A DNA stretch of 64,000 nucleotides from positions 131,786-195,785 of the forward strand of contig DF236983.1 of the NCBI GenBank assembly GCA_000708835.1. The letters are read 5' to 3'. Position numbers and translations under genes: made by a program. A model generated the notes under the pieces. That model made no database searches. It was not told the DNA's origin and worked only from the letters and a program-made list of their open reading frames with translations. Source of the stretch: Klebsormidium nitens. Taxonomy: Eukaryota; Plantae; Klebsormidiophyceae. Shown piece by piece: positions 53,799 through 64,000 of the stretch. Position 1 is the first letter of the stretch. Each line of letters opens with the position of its first letter.

Positions 53799-56700
53799 AT
53801 TGGTGACTGCGGTCTGGCTGCCGCCCTCCTCGCTTGCGGCGGCTGGCTCTTCCCCCGCACTAGTTCTTCCCTCCAAAGCCCCGACCCGCGGCGAGCGCCC
53901 CCGCTCAGCCCCCTTGACGAAAAGCTCCTGCGAGCCGCAGGGGCCTTTGTGAAAAGCGTGACGCTTTGTGTGGACCGCAGCAAGCAATTTTACGAAGAGG
54001 CGCTGGAGTTGGGCCTGTTGGACGCGATCATGGCCTTTTTCCCGTGGGGGGATCCCCCTCGGGGCCGGCGCAACGCCGAGCGCAATACCTTCGTTCTTCT
54101 CCTGGCTAAACACGTCGCGAAAGCGTTCAGGGGATTCGTCGATGAGCCCGGCAAGGAGCAGCGGCTGATTGGTTGTAACGCGGAGCTCACAGCGTGGCTG
54201 GTGCGTTACGTCCACTTTTTGACGCGCACCGCAGAGGCGCTCGTGCCCAAGCCGGTGTACGAGCAAGAGCATTCGGACATCGGAACTGCGGCGCAGAATG
54301 TCGTCGAGATGTTTAACAGGGGCCGAAACTGTCAGCTTCTGCTAGACTACACACAGTTGGAGGAACTAGAGCGGGCGGTTAATGCGCTTCTGCCCCACCT
54401 GGAAATGGGCGCCAAGTTTCAGGTGGAGGGTTTCTTGAGCACCGTTCACGGCCTGCGGTGGGATGTTCCGCTGGAGACAGAAGTCGCCATAAGCGGTTTC
54501 GTTGACCTTAACGAAGAGCTCCAATCTCTTGTGTCCCTCGTCTCTCAAGACCGCCGCGCATTCTCTGCCCGCTTTGACGCCTTCTACAAAGGTTACAGAG
54601 TCCTATCAACGGAGTCCTGTCCCCGTGGGTTAATTTCCAAGGAACTCTTAGACGTTCTAACAACCGGGTCTGTGGAGCGGGTTAAGGCCCCGGGGCGACT
54701 CTCCGAGGAGTCTATAGCAGTCCTCCGGTCGCTCAAGAATGCTCTGCGAGTAGCCCTCGACGCAGGTTTCGAGCCCGAAGCGTTTGACGACGTGGCACTG
54801 CCGCTGGTGCGCCACGTGGAGCCTGCTCTAACTAAACTGGGCGGCATGGCGTTCCAGCACCTTCTGGGGGGGCTGATAGAGTGCTACAAAGGGGGGGGGG
54901 AGCGCACGCGGCCCGCGAAGCTGTGGGCGCCGCTCCTGATCTCCGTCCTCGAACTGGATATCGACCAGACCGCGCTGCGCTTCGCGTGGCACTTTCTCGC
55001 GGTCCTAGTTGGCGCCTCCCAGGGTTTCGACATTGCGCTGTTAAAGGCTAAGGGCGTAGATGACGGACCGGACGAGCCCCCGGGGGAGTGTACCGGTCGC
55101 CCGCTTGCCCCCCCGGAAGAAAGGCGCGCGCTCGCGACCGACATTGGCTCCAAGCTGCGCGCGCGGATATTCGCGCCCGCGTGGCGCGTCTACTCGCACC
55201 ACGCTGACTTCGGCATTTCGGACGGGGACCGCGTCGAGGACGTGTCCGGCGTCCTGCTCTGGTGCTGCGCGGATTCCGGCCTGGTGGAGCGGAAACTGCT
55301 GCCCAAAGCGGGGCTCCTCGTCCGGATCCTGGCGCTCGACTACGGCCGGCTGTCCGAACGGTGCAATCGGGACGCCACGTCAGCGTTTGTGAGGGATCCC
55401 TGGCCGGACAAGTGCCGCCCGCTGGCCGCGATGCTGCGGCTGGGGTTTGAAATAACTTTCGACAACCGTCACGCGAGAAAGGCGCTAGTGGAAGATGTTT
55501 CGCGGAGCGGGGGGGTAGAATTGTGCCGGGCGGTGGAGAGGGACGCGCGGAAACCGGGGGTTCTGCGGGCGGGGGCGGTGAATGAGCCGGATTTGGCGTG
55601 GGTGCCGAGTTTTCAGGCTTTATGTGAGGAACTGTGGGCGGCGATCGCGCTGCGGTTCGGGTTGAAGGAGTGCAGTAATCCGGTAAGCCGTTAGCAGTTT
55701 GTCTGGTGATTGTTTGTTGGATGGAATCACGTCGCAAGGATCTGAAGAGAGGCTGTTGAGAACTTTGTGTTTGCTGTCAGAGTACAAGATTCTGACAGCA
55801 TATCTCAGACGAAAGGCGTGCTCTTTCCTGTGCGGCTGGTTGCAAGGCGGATGTCATCGAGTAGCCCTTCGCTGGAGTTCTGTGGTGAGCTTCACAGTTC
55901 ATCCAGGCTTCTGGATTCTGGCGACTACCGGTTTTGGTAATTCCAGTATAGGTCCCATGTCGTCTGTGCCTCTGACTTGAATGATTCTAAAGATAGTGGT
56001 AAATCCCCGCCTGACACCTGTCGCACCGACTAGGTAGCTCGGAAAGGTTGAATCTACTGTCAGTTGTAATATAAGCTCAAGATTTGCTACTTTGATGGGT
56101 GGGGTAAACAAGCGGGTTGTGGGTGGCACGGGGTGCGGAGCAGGTAAGATTTCCAAGTTCAACCCTTAGGTCAGCTCCTTCTCATTGCAACTTGAGCTCT
56201 TTGTAACTAATCTAGATATTATCAGAACCGTGGTGCTGTTTCTCAACCTTTTTGCGCTCTGACTAATTTGTGTTTCCTGTCACACAGGACTGTACGCAAA
56301 ATCTATACGAGACCAAAAAGAAAGACTTCCAAAAGTGCAGCAAGTGCTTGCGCGTTCAGTACTGCAGCAAGGACTGTCAGGTGAGCGGCGCTCCGTTTTC
56401 GCCTGATCACAGGCTATCCGCGGAATCTGTTGTTCCTCTTCGAGCGCGGCTTTAAGCCGCAATTTTCTCCGAACGCGGGGCTGGCGTTCGTGTCGTTTCT
56501 TTGTAGTCCTGGTCATCCCAGGCTTTTTGCTGGCATCAGCTCTGATTCGGGGCTGGTACTTGCCCCTCCTTTCATGCGGGACCTTAGTCTGTTGCTGTTG
56601 GGTCCTTATGAATCTGCTGTTGCTTTGAGGCGAAGGTGAGGACCAGTTGCAACGCTCTCAAAAATACACCCCGATCGATGTAGTGAACAGTAACAGCCAG

Positions 56701-57097
56701 TGAACAGTAACGGAGACGGGTAGGGTTAGTTAGGGGGTTAGGGTGGGTACGGGTGCGGAGCGGGTGATCTTCTGGATTAGGGTTTTTAGTAACTCCAAAA
56801 AGCTTACTGTTCACTGGGCTTTCTGTTCACTAGATCGGAAATACCAAAAATACAGGTACGGGCGGGCCAACCTACTCCCCTCGGTTCACGGATGTGCCGT
56901 ACATCTTCGTTGCTAGACGCAGTTCTGCAGATGGAAGATCCGCGATTCACTCGACGCCTTCGCTTTGGAACCAATTTACTGGTTAGGACTCTAGCTGATT
57001 ATTGAGCGTCGTGGTCTTGCAGACAAGTCACTGGAAGGCGAAGCACAGGCACGAGTGCCAGAGGGTTTCTGACGCTTCTCTATGCGGAGTTACTTGA
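53799..57097 (+). CDS. MYND-type zinc-finger protein (exons 53799-55682, 56288-56380, 57023-57097; 5' exons unresolved)
   Basis: Spliced C-terminus ECSNP|DCTQNLYETKKKDFQKCSKCLRVQYCSKDCQ|TSHWKAKHRHEC is a zf-MYND pattern. It follows a helical-looking region of >600 codons with no motif I recognise. Confidence 0.85.
56671..56838. mobile_element. MITE-like element in a MYND gene intron, with ~35-bp imperfect TIRs and a G-rich telomere-like core
   Basis: Left end CCGATC(gatg)TAGTGAACAGtaacaGCCAGTGAACAGTAA; reverse complement of right end CCGATCTAGTGAACAGaaagCCCAGTGAACAGTAA. The core is related to 62591-62667. No clean TSD. Confidence 0.65.
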
Positions 57098-57394
57098 TGC
57101 GGTCAAGACTCCGGGGAGGTTCTAGTGGTCTGACGATAGATGCGAAGTGGACTCTTTGTTCACAGAAAGCGTGGTAACATCAAGACTCAATCAGGGGTTC
57201 CCACGGCGGCTATGACGATGCGTATCTATTCTACATTACTGGTTGCTTATTCTTGATAATCAGAACTCAGCAGGCTATCGGGATGTATTTCTATTATTGT
57301 ACATTACTGTTTTGACTATACTCAGTAATTAGAAGTCCTCTTGTGCTGCTATTGCGATATCTTTAGTTGTTGCAGTCAATCCGTGTAGCAAGCG

Positions 57395-57427
57395 GCGAAG
57401 CGCATTGAAAGCGAAGCGCATTGAAAG
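57395..57427. repeat. 16-bp tandem duplication
   Basis: gcgaagcgcattgaaa x2. Confidence 0.8.
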
Positions 57428-58098
57428 TTGTTGCTCGATAGACTTTAATACCCGACTGGCGACCGCCAGCCCTGGCTCACGCCATGCGATGAGCCTCTAT
57501 ATGATACGAACACACCATGTATGAATGTGGCGCTGTCTTGGATTCTAAAAGAGCGCACCACTGCGCAGACCAGCCGACTCGATCTGCTATGCATGCGCGT
57601 TCTGCTGCTTCATGCACGTTGCACTTAAATCAAGTGATCGAGTGTGCACCGCGCATCGTGATTGTCATGAGCATGTAAGTACGCGCGCATTTTTTGATTA
57701 CGAACCTTCGCTATGGCAGCCGCCTCGCGCAGTAGCCGTTAACATGCACCCAGCTCTCAGTGCGAACATACGCATGTCGGCACTTCCGACCGTATGGCGA
57801 GCAGTGTGTTGATATAATATGTGCCCAATGGAAGAGATCGAAAAACTACAAACACATAGAATTTCCAACCTGCCAGAAGCGGATCCAAGGTTGATTGGAA
57901 CGCGGTTAGCATCCAATGTAGTTGTGCTTTGCCGTAGTTCCCACATGGCCCACGCCCGTTAGAAAGTGCACAAGGTATGGTCGCTGATAATCAAGTTACC
58001 GCCAGCAGACACCATGAATTTAGGTGACATCGCTTGTTGCACTACCCGGCTAAATTCAAAGCCGCTTGCCGCCCTCGAAAGACAGCGGCCGACACTCG

Positions 58099-61000
58099 TT
58101 ATCTGAAGAGCATCCACAACTCCAAGTCCTTTCCTCGCTCATACGGATGAAGGTACTGCGGAATCCCCTCGATATCGATCAGTCTGCCTCGTAGCCGGGC
58201 AGGTCCTGGATGGAGTGAAACAAGCCAAGACTCGTCAGTGCCCGTAAGTTGCATCTGCATGAGCGCTCCCAGACTCAGATACGTGAGAAGGGAAACCGGA
58301 TCCCGGTCAGATTGGGATCGGCTTCTCCCGTGCTTCGGCCTGCTGAACGACTGAATGTTAAGGGAGACAATCTAGAAAGAAAGCGTCTCAGCTTAGTGGC
58401 CGAGCACCCGCAAAACGTTGACAGCTCTCGACCCGTCAAATTGAGCAAAGTTTGAGCGAAACCTCCACGTTACAAATCCGCAATTGCTGGAGCATAGCTC
58501 CGTTCGGAAGGGGGAAATGTCGATTTAGAATGGGGCGTTAGAATATAGATTTTGACTGCCTGTAGTTGAGCAGCCTTACAATCCCATGTTTGAAGTTCTT
58601 GGGCCGCCTGCCCAACGCAACAGGATGCAAATGGGCACCCACAAGCAAGTTTCTCAGCACTCAGCAATCAAGGCCTAAGGCGGTTCTCGAACGTCGGCCT
58701 GTTTTGTCCGCACGCACGACCACTTGTCCTTCGCTTTCTACATTCATTTAAAGACACGTGGTGCTCACCTGTCCTGTGGGGCTCTGAAGTGCTGTCTGAA
58801 GCAATCACGGAGCGGATGACGTCACCAGATCCGGCGCCGCTGACGTCATCGAACTTGGCCCGGAATTTGCGACACCCGTTGGCGACCACGGCCCTGTCGT
58901 TGAGCGAGAAGTTGTAGCGCTTCTCGAGGGCCAAGTACAGCGTCTGCTGCGCAGAAGACCCGCTCATGCTATCACATGTCAAAATCCGGGACTGTAATCC
59001 ACACCCTGACATGATCCTGACGCAACTGCAACTGACGGCCGCCTTGACTTACACAAAAGAGGAACGAAAAGCTCGCAGGAATTCGGCGACACACCTTTGG
59101 TGTCCCTACGGCCATCAGTCGCTCCACACACCCGAACAGGGCGTCCGTCAGGGTGTCGTCGTAGATGACGTCAGCAGCCAGCAGCACGGACACGTGGCCC
59201 AGGTCCTCCAGCTCCTCCGGGCTCCAGCCGTAGTCCCCCGAGGACCCGCCCCCAGGACTGTCTGTGTGAATACGCCCCAAGAGCTCCGCGTTTAGATTCA
59301 ATGCACAAAGAGCACCAGCCAGAGCCTCAGCCTCAAGAGCCCCAACCACAGCTTTCGGACAAAACGAGCTTGAAAAGCTATGAGGAGCTGTATGATACCT
59401 GTGCTGGCTCAATGGGTACAACGTATCCATATCTTAGCCCCAGGTTTGACTGCTCCAAACGCAGGAGCAAGTACAAGCCCAACTTGGGGAGAAGGGTTGG
59501 TCGCAGTGGTTTTGACAAAATCTTACCCTTTTCATTAAGTCTTATCGTTGGATACATAGCTACCAATAAGCTTTCCGTTTTGTTTCTGAAGGATCTCGCT
59601 TTCCGAGCTTTCGGTGTTGTCTGCCCCGTTCCTAAGCTTCCTCTTCCATTTTGTGCTCGCTTCACCATAAGGTGCAAAACTTGCGGTAGCCAGTGTGTGA
59701 GAATGGTAAACACTTTTATCCGAAGTCGCCTCCTTTAACAAGTGCAGGCAGAGCTGCTTCTGAGGGAGCATTGAATTCAAAGTCGATGAGGCCAAGAGGT
59801 AAGCATTTGATCGTTTTCTGAATTCTGGCTGTGTCAACTTTACGCTATGGTTATGAAGAAGTCTTGTGGAAAATGTTCCATCCAAGCCCCCACTTACCAG
59901 GCCTAGAGAGTCGGCCTCCGCCGTTCGCCTCCCTCGAGGCACTCTGTGGAAAGTGGCACCAGTCGAGCTCCCTGACTGCCACATGGCAGCCGCTCGTGGG
60001 AGCGAACGTTGAGTTGCTGATGACATTCCGAAGGCACGTGTCCAGCACGTTCTCGCCCCTGTCTGCACCAAAAAGAAAAAGCATTTTACATCTGCTTATA
60101 AATCAAGAGCAGCTGTCGAAGTGCAGAGGGTTGAGCGCACCGCGCTTCCAAGTTTCGTTAGCCGAAGCTTCATCTTAGAACCTTGAAACTACAGGTATAC
60201 CATTCTAACCCGTGGTTATAAGGGCACGGACATGGTCAGCCATCAAGCAGACACGATAATTCACCGGACTGCACGAGGGGAAGAAGGCGAGACTGGAGCG
60301 CGTGTCGATTGCTGTTTAACCGTTCGAAAGGAAGCTGATCTTCGAACGGAAACCGTTCTTCTTTCAAACAGATTGGCGCTACGCCTTGGTTGCAGAGGGG
60401 CACCTCAAGTCGACCTCTAGTAGAGGGTCAGGACTGACGTACCTGTGACGTACACTTTCCTCGCACTGCGGGCCATGATGATGCCTGCAAGACCTGCAGA
60501 ATGGGCAAGTTTTCGTGTCCGTTGTTTGCGGGACAAGACCTTTGTCATCTGATTGAGGCAGCCACAACCCGGAGCACGTCAAAGTTCAGACTGTATGGGG
60601 TGTCGTTCTCGATGATGTAAACCCTTCGATTCAAAGGCAATCAACAAGGGCCCTGTCAAGCTTGGTCGCAAGAGAAAGCGCAATCTTCCAAAAAGAAAGG
60701 GATTATAACTTTGACAGAGGTCCTCACAACTCATTTGACTGTCGCACATAGGACTCGCAAGCTCAAATGAAGATCCATTCAAAACCTGCGTCGAGTCAAC
60801 CCAAGGCCATCTCCAGCCCATTTGCTTCTGCAGGAAATCGTATCGCACGCGTACCTGTGCCTGCCCCTAGCTCCAAAGCTGTCACGCCTCGAAAGCATCC
60901 CGTTGTGGCCTCTTGATGGAGGATGTAGTCCGCTAAGAGAAGCGCGCCGCGCCAAACCTGCTCACAGCAGAGAAGCCCTTCTTGGATGCAGTGACAAGAC

Positions 61001-62265
61001 TCTCAAAAGGCCGGACGAAGAATATCTCTCTGAGTGAGATGAGTGTTATTGTTCTCAGGCAGCGGACAAGGCAAAGAGGGGAAAGGGGTCAGGAAACCAC
61101 TCTTTCCCATCAGTACAGTACCTAGTAGATTACGGATGTCACAAATAAAATCTGCAAGTTATTTTTGACCAGGCCCTGCTTTCAATGCAACTCCATCTTA
61201 TGGCAGGAGATAATCAGTCAGTTCAGTATAAGGACTTACAGTGTTTAAGGTTCTTAATTAGCATCTTCATAATGCCAAACGTGTTGCAAGAAAAGAGTGT
61301 AACAAAGTGATGTGGAGAGCTTACTGTGTCGCCCTTACTTGCAGCCCAACGTCTGGCAGGGAGGTGGCCAGCGAATGGTGGATAAGCACGCGATTTGATC
61401 CTGTGTCTTCCACCTCTGCAGAAAAAGCAGAGGCGTCAACAGGATGCTATGGGGGATGGATGCAATTGTGGGCGCCTCCATATAACAGCCACACTTCATC
61501 ATTATTGTTAAGTACTGCAATAGTCATGGATGGTGGCTGCAAATGATCATCTTGGCCAGTCCTTAAGAGATGTTTGTGCGGTTAATCCAAATGATACTTC
61601 AATTGCGTCACTAGAACGGATACAAAGGCAGACCCTGACTTAACATCACTTTTTACTTGATCATCAAGGGTTTTGGTCAGGACGTTCCTGGACACAACTT
61701 TGAAGCACAAATCTTGTTTACGCAGGGCCACATTACCTGAGGCCTCTAGCCGCTTCCGCTCTCTTGGAACAACCAAGTCCCCTGTCTCGTCAGTTGCAAC
61801 TGCAGTCAAGCTGGGCTCAGCTTCACCATGGAACTTTCTTGCCAGCTGGCGGTCGTCCCATTCATTTGCTTCCCAACCCTCAGCACCTGCGCAGGATGGA
61901 GGCTGCATTTATGACTGGGAGTTCTTGACAGCTTAGCAGGATGAAGGGAGCCTTTTCCCTTTCTGTCAAGAAGCAATCGCTCAGCCCCCGAGCTATTGCA
62001 TAGATCAATGGTTGTGCATCTGCAAAAAATCTTGCAGCCACACTGCTTTTTGATAGCCAGTGGAAAGCCAAGAGTTCATCGACCATTTAGAAATGCAAAA
62101 CTCGCCCTCCTCACTTCCTCCTGCATTTGCTGTCGAAGCCTTCTCCACTGCTGTGTCATCAAGCACCCCCGGCGGTCGTATCCAGAAGCAGGTGCTGCCA
62201 GTCCGCTGCTCAGGATCGGACCCCACATGCACGTCACTCAGCACCAATTCGGTTGATTCCTCCAT
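58099..62265 (-). CDS. METTL22: Methyltransferase-like protein 22 (METTL22, class I protein methyltransferase), ~9 exons
   Basis: [40 protein letters not shown]|[19 protein letters not shown]|[41 protein letters not shown] and [10 protein letters not shown]. Confidence 0.92.
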
Positions 62266-62564
62266 GGCCAATGTTCTTCTCAAGTGCTGCTGGCACCAGC
62301 TCTCTCTTGGCTAAGTGTGCGCAGCATCTTTGGAGCTTGAAAGGCGACTGATCGACCTCACGACTGCAAGCTAATGCAGATGTCTTGAAATTGACAAGAA
62401 CTTGAAGAATGAATGAGAGAAGGCCCCCTGCATAAATTATTATCGAGTGCTGAGCTACTAATAGCAAGAAAGCCTGCCGTAGGTAGATTGAAACTGTCGA
62501 TCAGGACCTCGAAGTCCCCCGAGCGGCTCAAGCAAGAAACTCAGGAAAAATAAATAGTAAGCCG

Positions 62565-62696
62565 AGATAATAGTGAGGTAACCGCACTGGGACGGGTAGG
62601 GTTGGTATGGTGGTTAGGGTAGGTATGGGTGCGGAGCGGGTATTTCATTCAAGGTTAGGGTTTTAGTGTTAGTCGGGGCTTACTACACTATTATCT
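62565..62696. mobile_element. Second MITE-like element, with 17-bp TIRs and the same G-rich core family
   Basis: AGATAATAGTGAGGTAA ... TTACTACACTATTATCT (15/17 match as an inverted repeat). The core shares GACGGGTAGGGTT, GGTTAGGGT, GGGTGCGGAGCGGGT and TTAGGGTTTT with the element at 56671. Confidence 0.6.
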
Positions 62697-63730
62697 TACG
62701 TGACCTTAACATGCACCGGCCGTCTGGCGACGGCGGGGGCTTGCCAGCCTCTTCCGACTAGGTATTCGAACGGCTGGAAATCAGCACACAGAGACGACCG
62801 GGGCCCTGCATGCTCTAGCGGCCGGACGGCCAAGTCATGCTCATTCCGGGGGGCGAGTACACAGGTCTCCTCCCGAGCCTCGAAGTTTCGACGTCGGTGC
62901 ACGAACTTCGACGGCGAAGCTGTCGAAGCACCCGTGCTTTAATATGAGCGGCGACCAGATTCGTCGCATACACAAACGGAACTGCACGATACCTAAATCA
63001 TCGACGGACGACCCAAACGCCCAGCCAGGGCTCGAGCGCACACAGCACCCAATTCAATGATTGCTAACCGCAATTAAAAACCAATAAATGCTGGTCGCCC
63101 AACACAACTGCACGTCGACATAAATTTGGCCACAGCTAACCACAACGCCCCACAAAGTATGTCGCCAGAATAACACGCACGTCTCGACGCGAAGTCGAGC
63201 ATCCACGCCGCTCCGGGCGCAAGTCTGACACGTTATATGGGAGGTATTCTCTTTTTTCCTATACGTTTTATCGTCGAACGTCGGCCAATCGAGCAAGGTC
63301 GAAGCGCCTCGATCGCCAGGACCGCGTCGCGGCGTCGTACAGTGCCGAAATCGGCGTCCCCTATGTCTCCCAGGAAGAGGCAAGCCAATATACAAACAGC
63401 ATCGGGGCACCGCCGGGCACCATAAATGGGCACAGCTGATGCACTGATGCAAGCGCGAAAGGGGTAGGTGATCCCTCTAGGATCCTACCAGGGTATGACC
63501 CTGCGAAACCCCTTCTTCTACTGATTCTTCAGGGAACCGGTAGTGTCGGTTCTGTTCATTGTCTCGGATATATTCCGATGACCTTTCAATAGCCTATGAA
63601 GGCAGAATAAAGGCCAAGCCGGCATGAAGAATGAGTAACCAGAAACCTCATTCCACTGCAAAAGACCTTATTCTGTTTAGAATCAGCGGGCAACCGCATG
63701 TACAGAGAACAGCTTGAAATTGCGCATTAG

Positions 63731-64000
63731 AGTCGCTCGGGCTTGAAGGATGCGGAGGGATTTGGGGGAGTCTATGTGAATCCGGACCGGACGCCGGAGG
63801 AGAGGGAAAGGGTTCGAAAGGCGGTTGTGGAGATGAAGAAGTTGCGCGCGGAGAAGAAGGAAGCGTACGTATTGTTGCAAGGAGACTTGATGGTGGTTGG
63901 AGAAGGGGGAGAGCGGCGGCGGACTTCCTTCAAGCTTGTGTCGGAGTCGCCATGGGCGGAGGAAGCTGCAGCAGCCAGAGAGGCACAGTTGTCTGAAGAA
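63731..64000 (+). mobile_element. LINE (CR1/L2/Jockey-like) ORF1 C-terminal-like fragment, open to the window edge
   Basis: Frame reads SRSGLKDAEGFGGVYVNPDRTPEERERVRKAVVEMKKLRAEKKEAYVLLQGDLMVVG, resembling the I(F/Y)IN.D.T.EER...L..E.K.....G..AY motif of non-LTR ORF1 proteins. An in-frame TAG lies at 63728-63730. Confidence 0.55.

Noticed and set aside
62700-63450. CpG-rich stretch with several short ORFs on both strands
   Set aside because: No recognisable motif or consistent splice model; left unannotated.

Overview
Eukaryotic nuclear DNA with GT-AG introns and plant-type genes. It is probably from a streptophyte green alga such as Klebsormidium; this is inferred from the plant-type COX5c, plastid AAT and TIM17 C-tail and from the intron-rich, GC-rich style. 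Eleven protein-coding genes can be assembled by hand from splice sites and protein motifs: a VIT1/CCC1 metal transporter (-), an intronless F-box/LRR protein (+), plastid aspartate aminotransferase (-), a SpoU/TrmH methyltransferase (+), UTP20 (-, ~19 kb), TIM17 (+), COX5c (+), an FHA...PBZ APLF-like protein (-), a CPA1 Na+/H+ antiporter (+), a MYND zinc-finger protein (+) and METTL22 (-). Non-coding highlights: three copies of a dual-guide box C/D snoRNA inside UTP20 introns, whose guides match two neighbouring 25S rRNA sites; two MITE-like elements that share a telomere-like G-rich core but have different terminal inverted repeats; and a LINE ORF1-like fragment at the right edge. Protein-level oddities: the antiporter has DD where CPA1 members have the ND motif, and the APLF-like gene needs a GC-AG intron. 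Exon boundaries were read by eye and need RNA-seq confirmation. Most ORFs in the supplied track are shadow or intron read-through frames.
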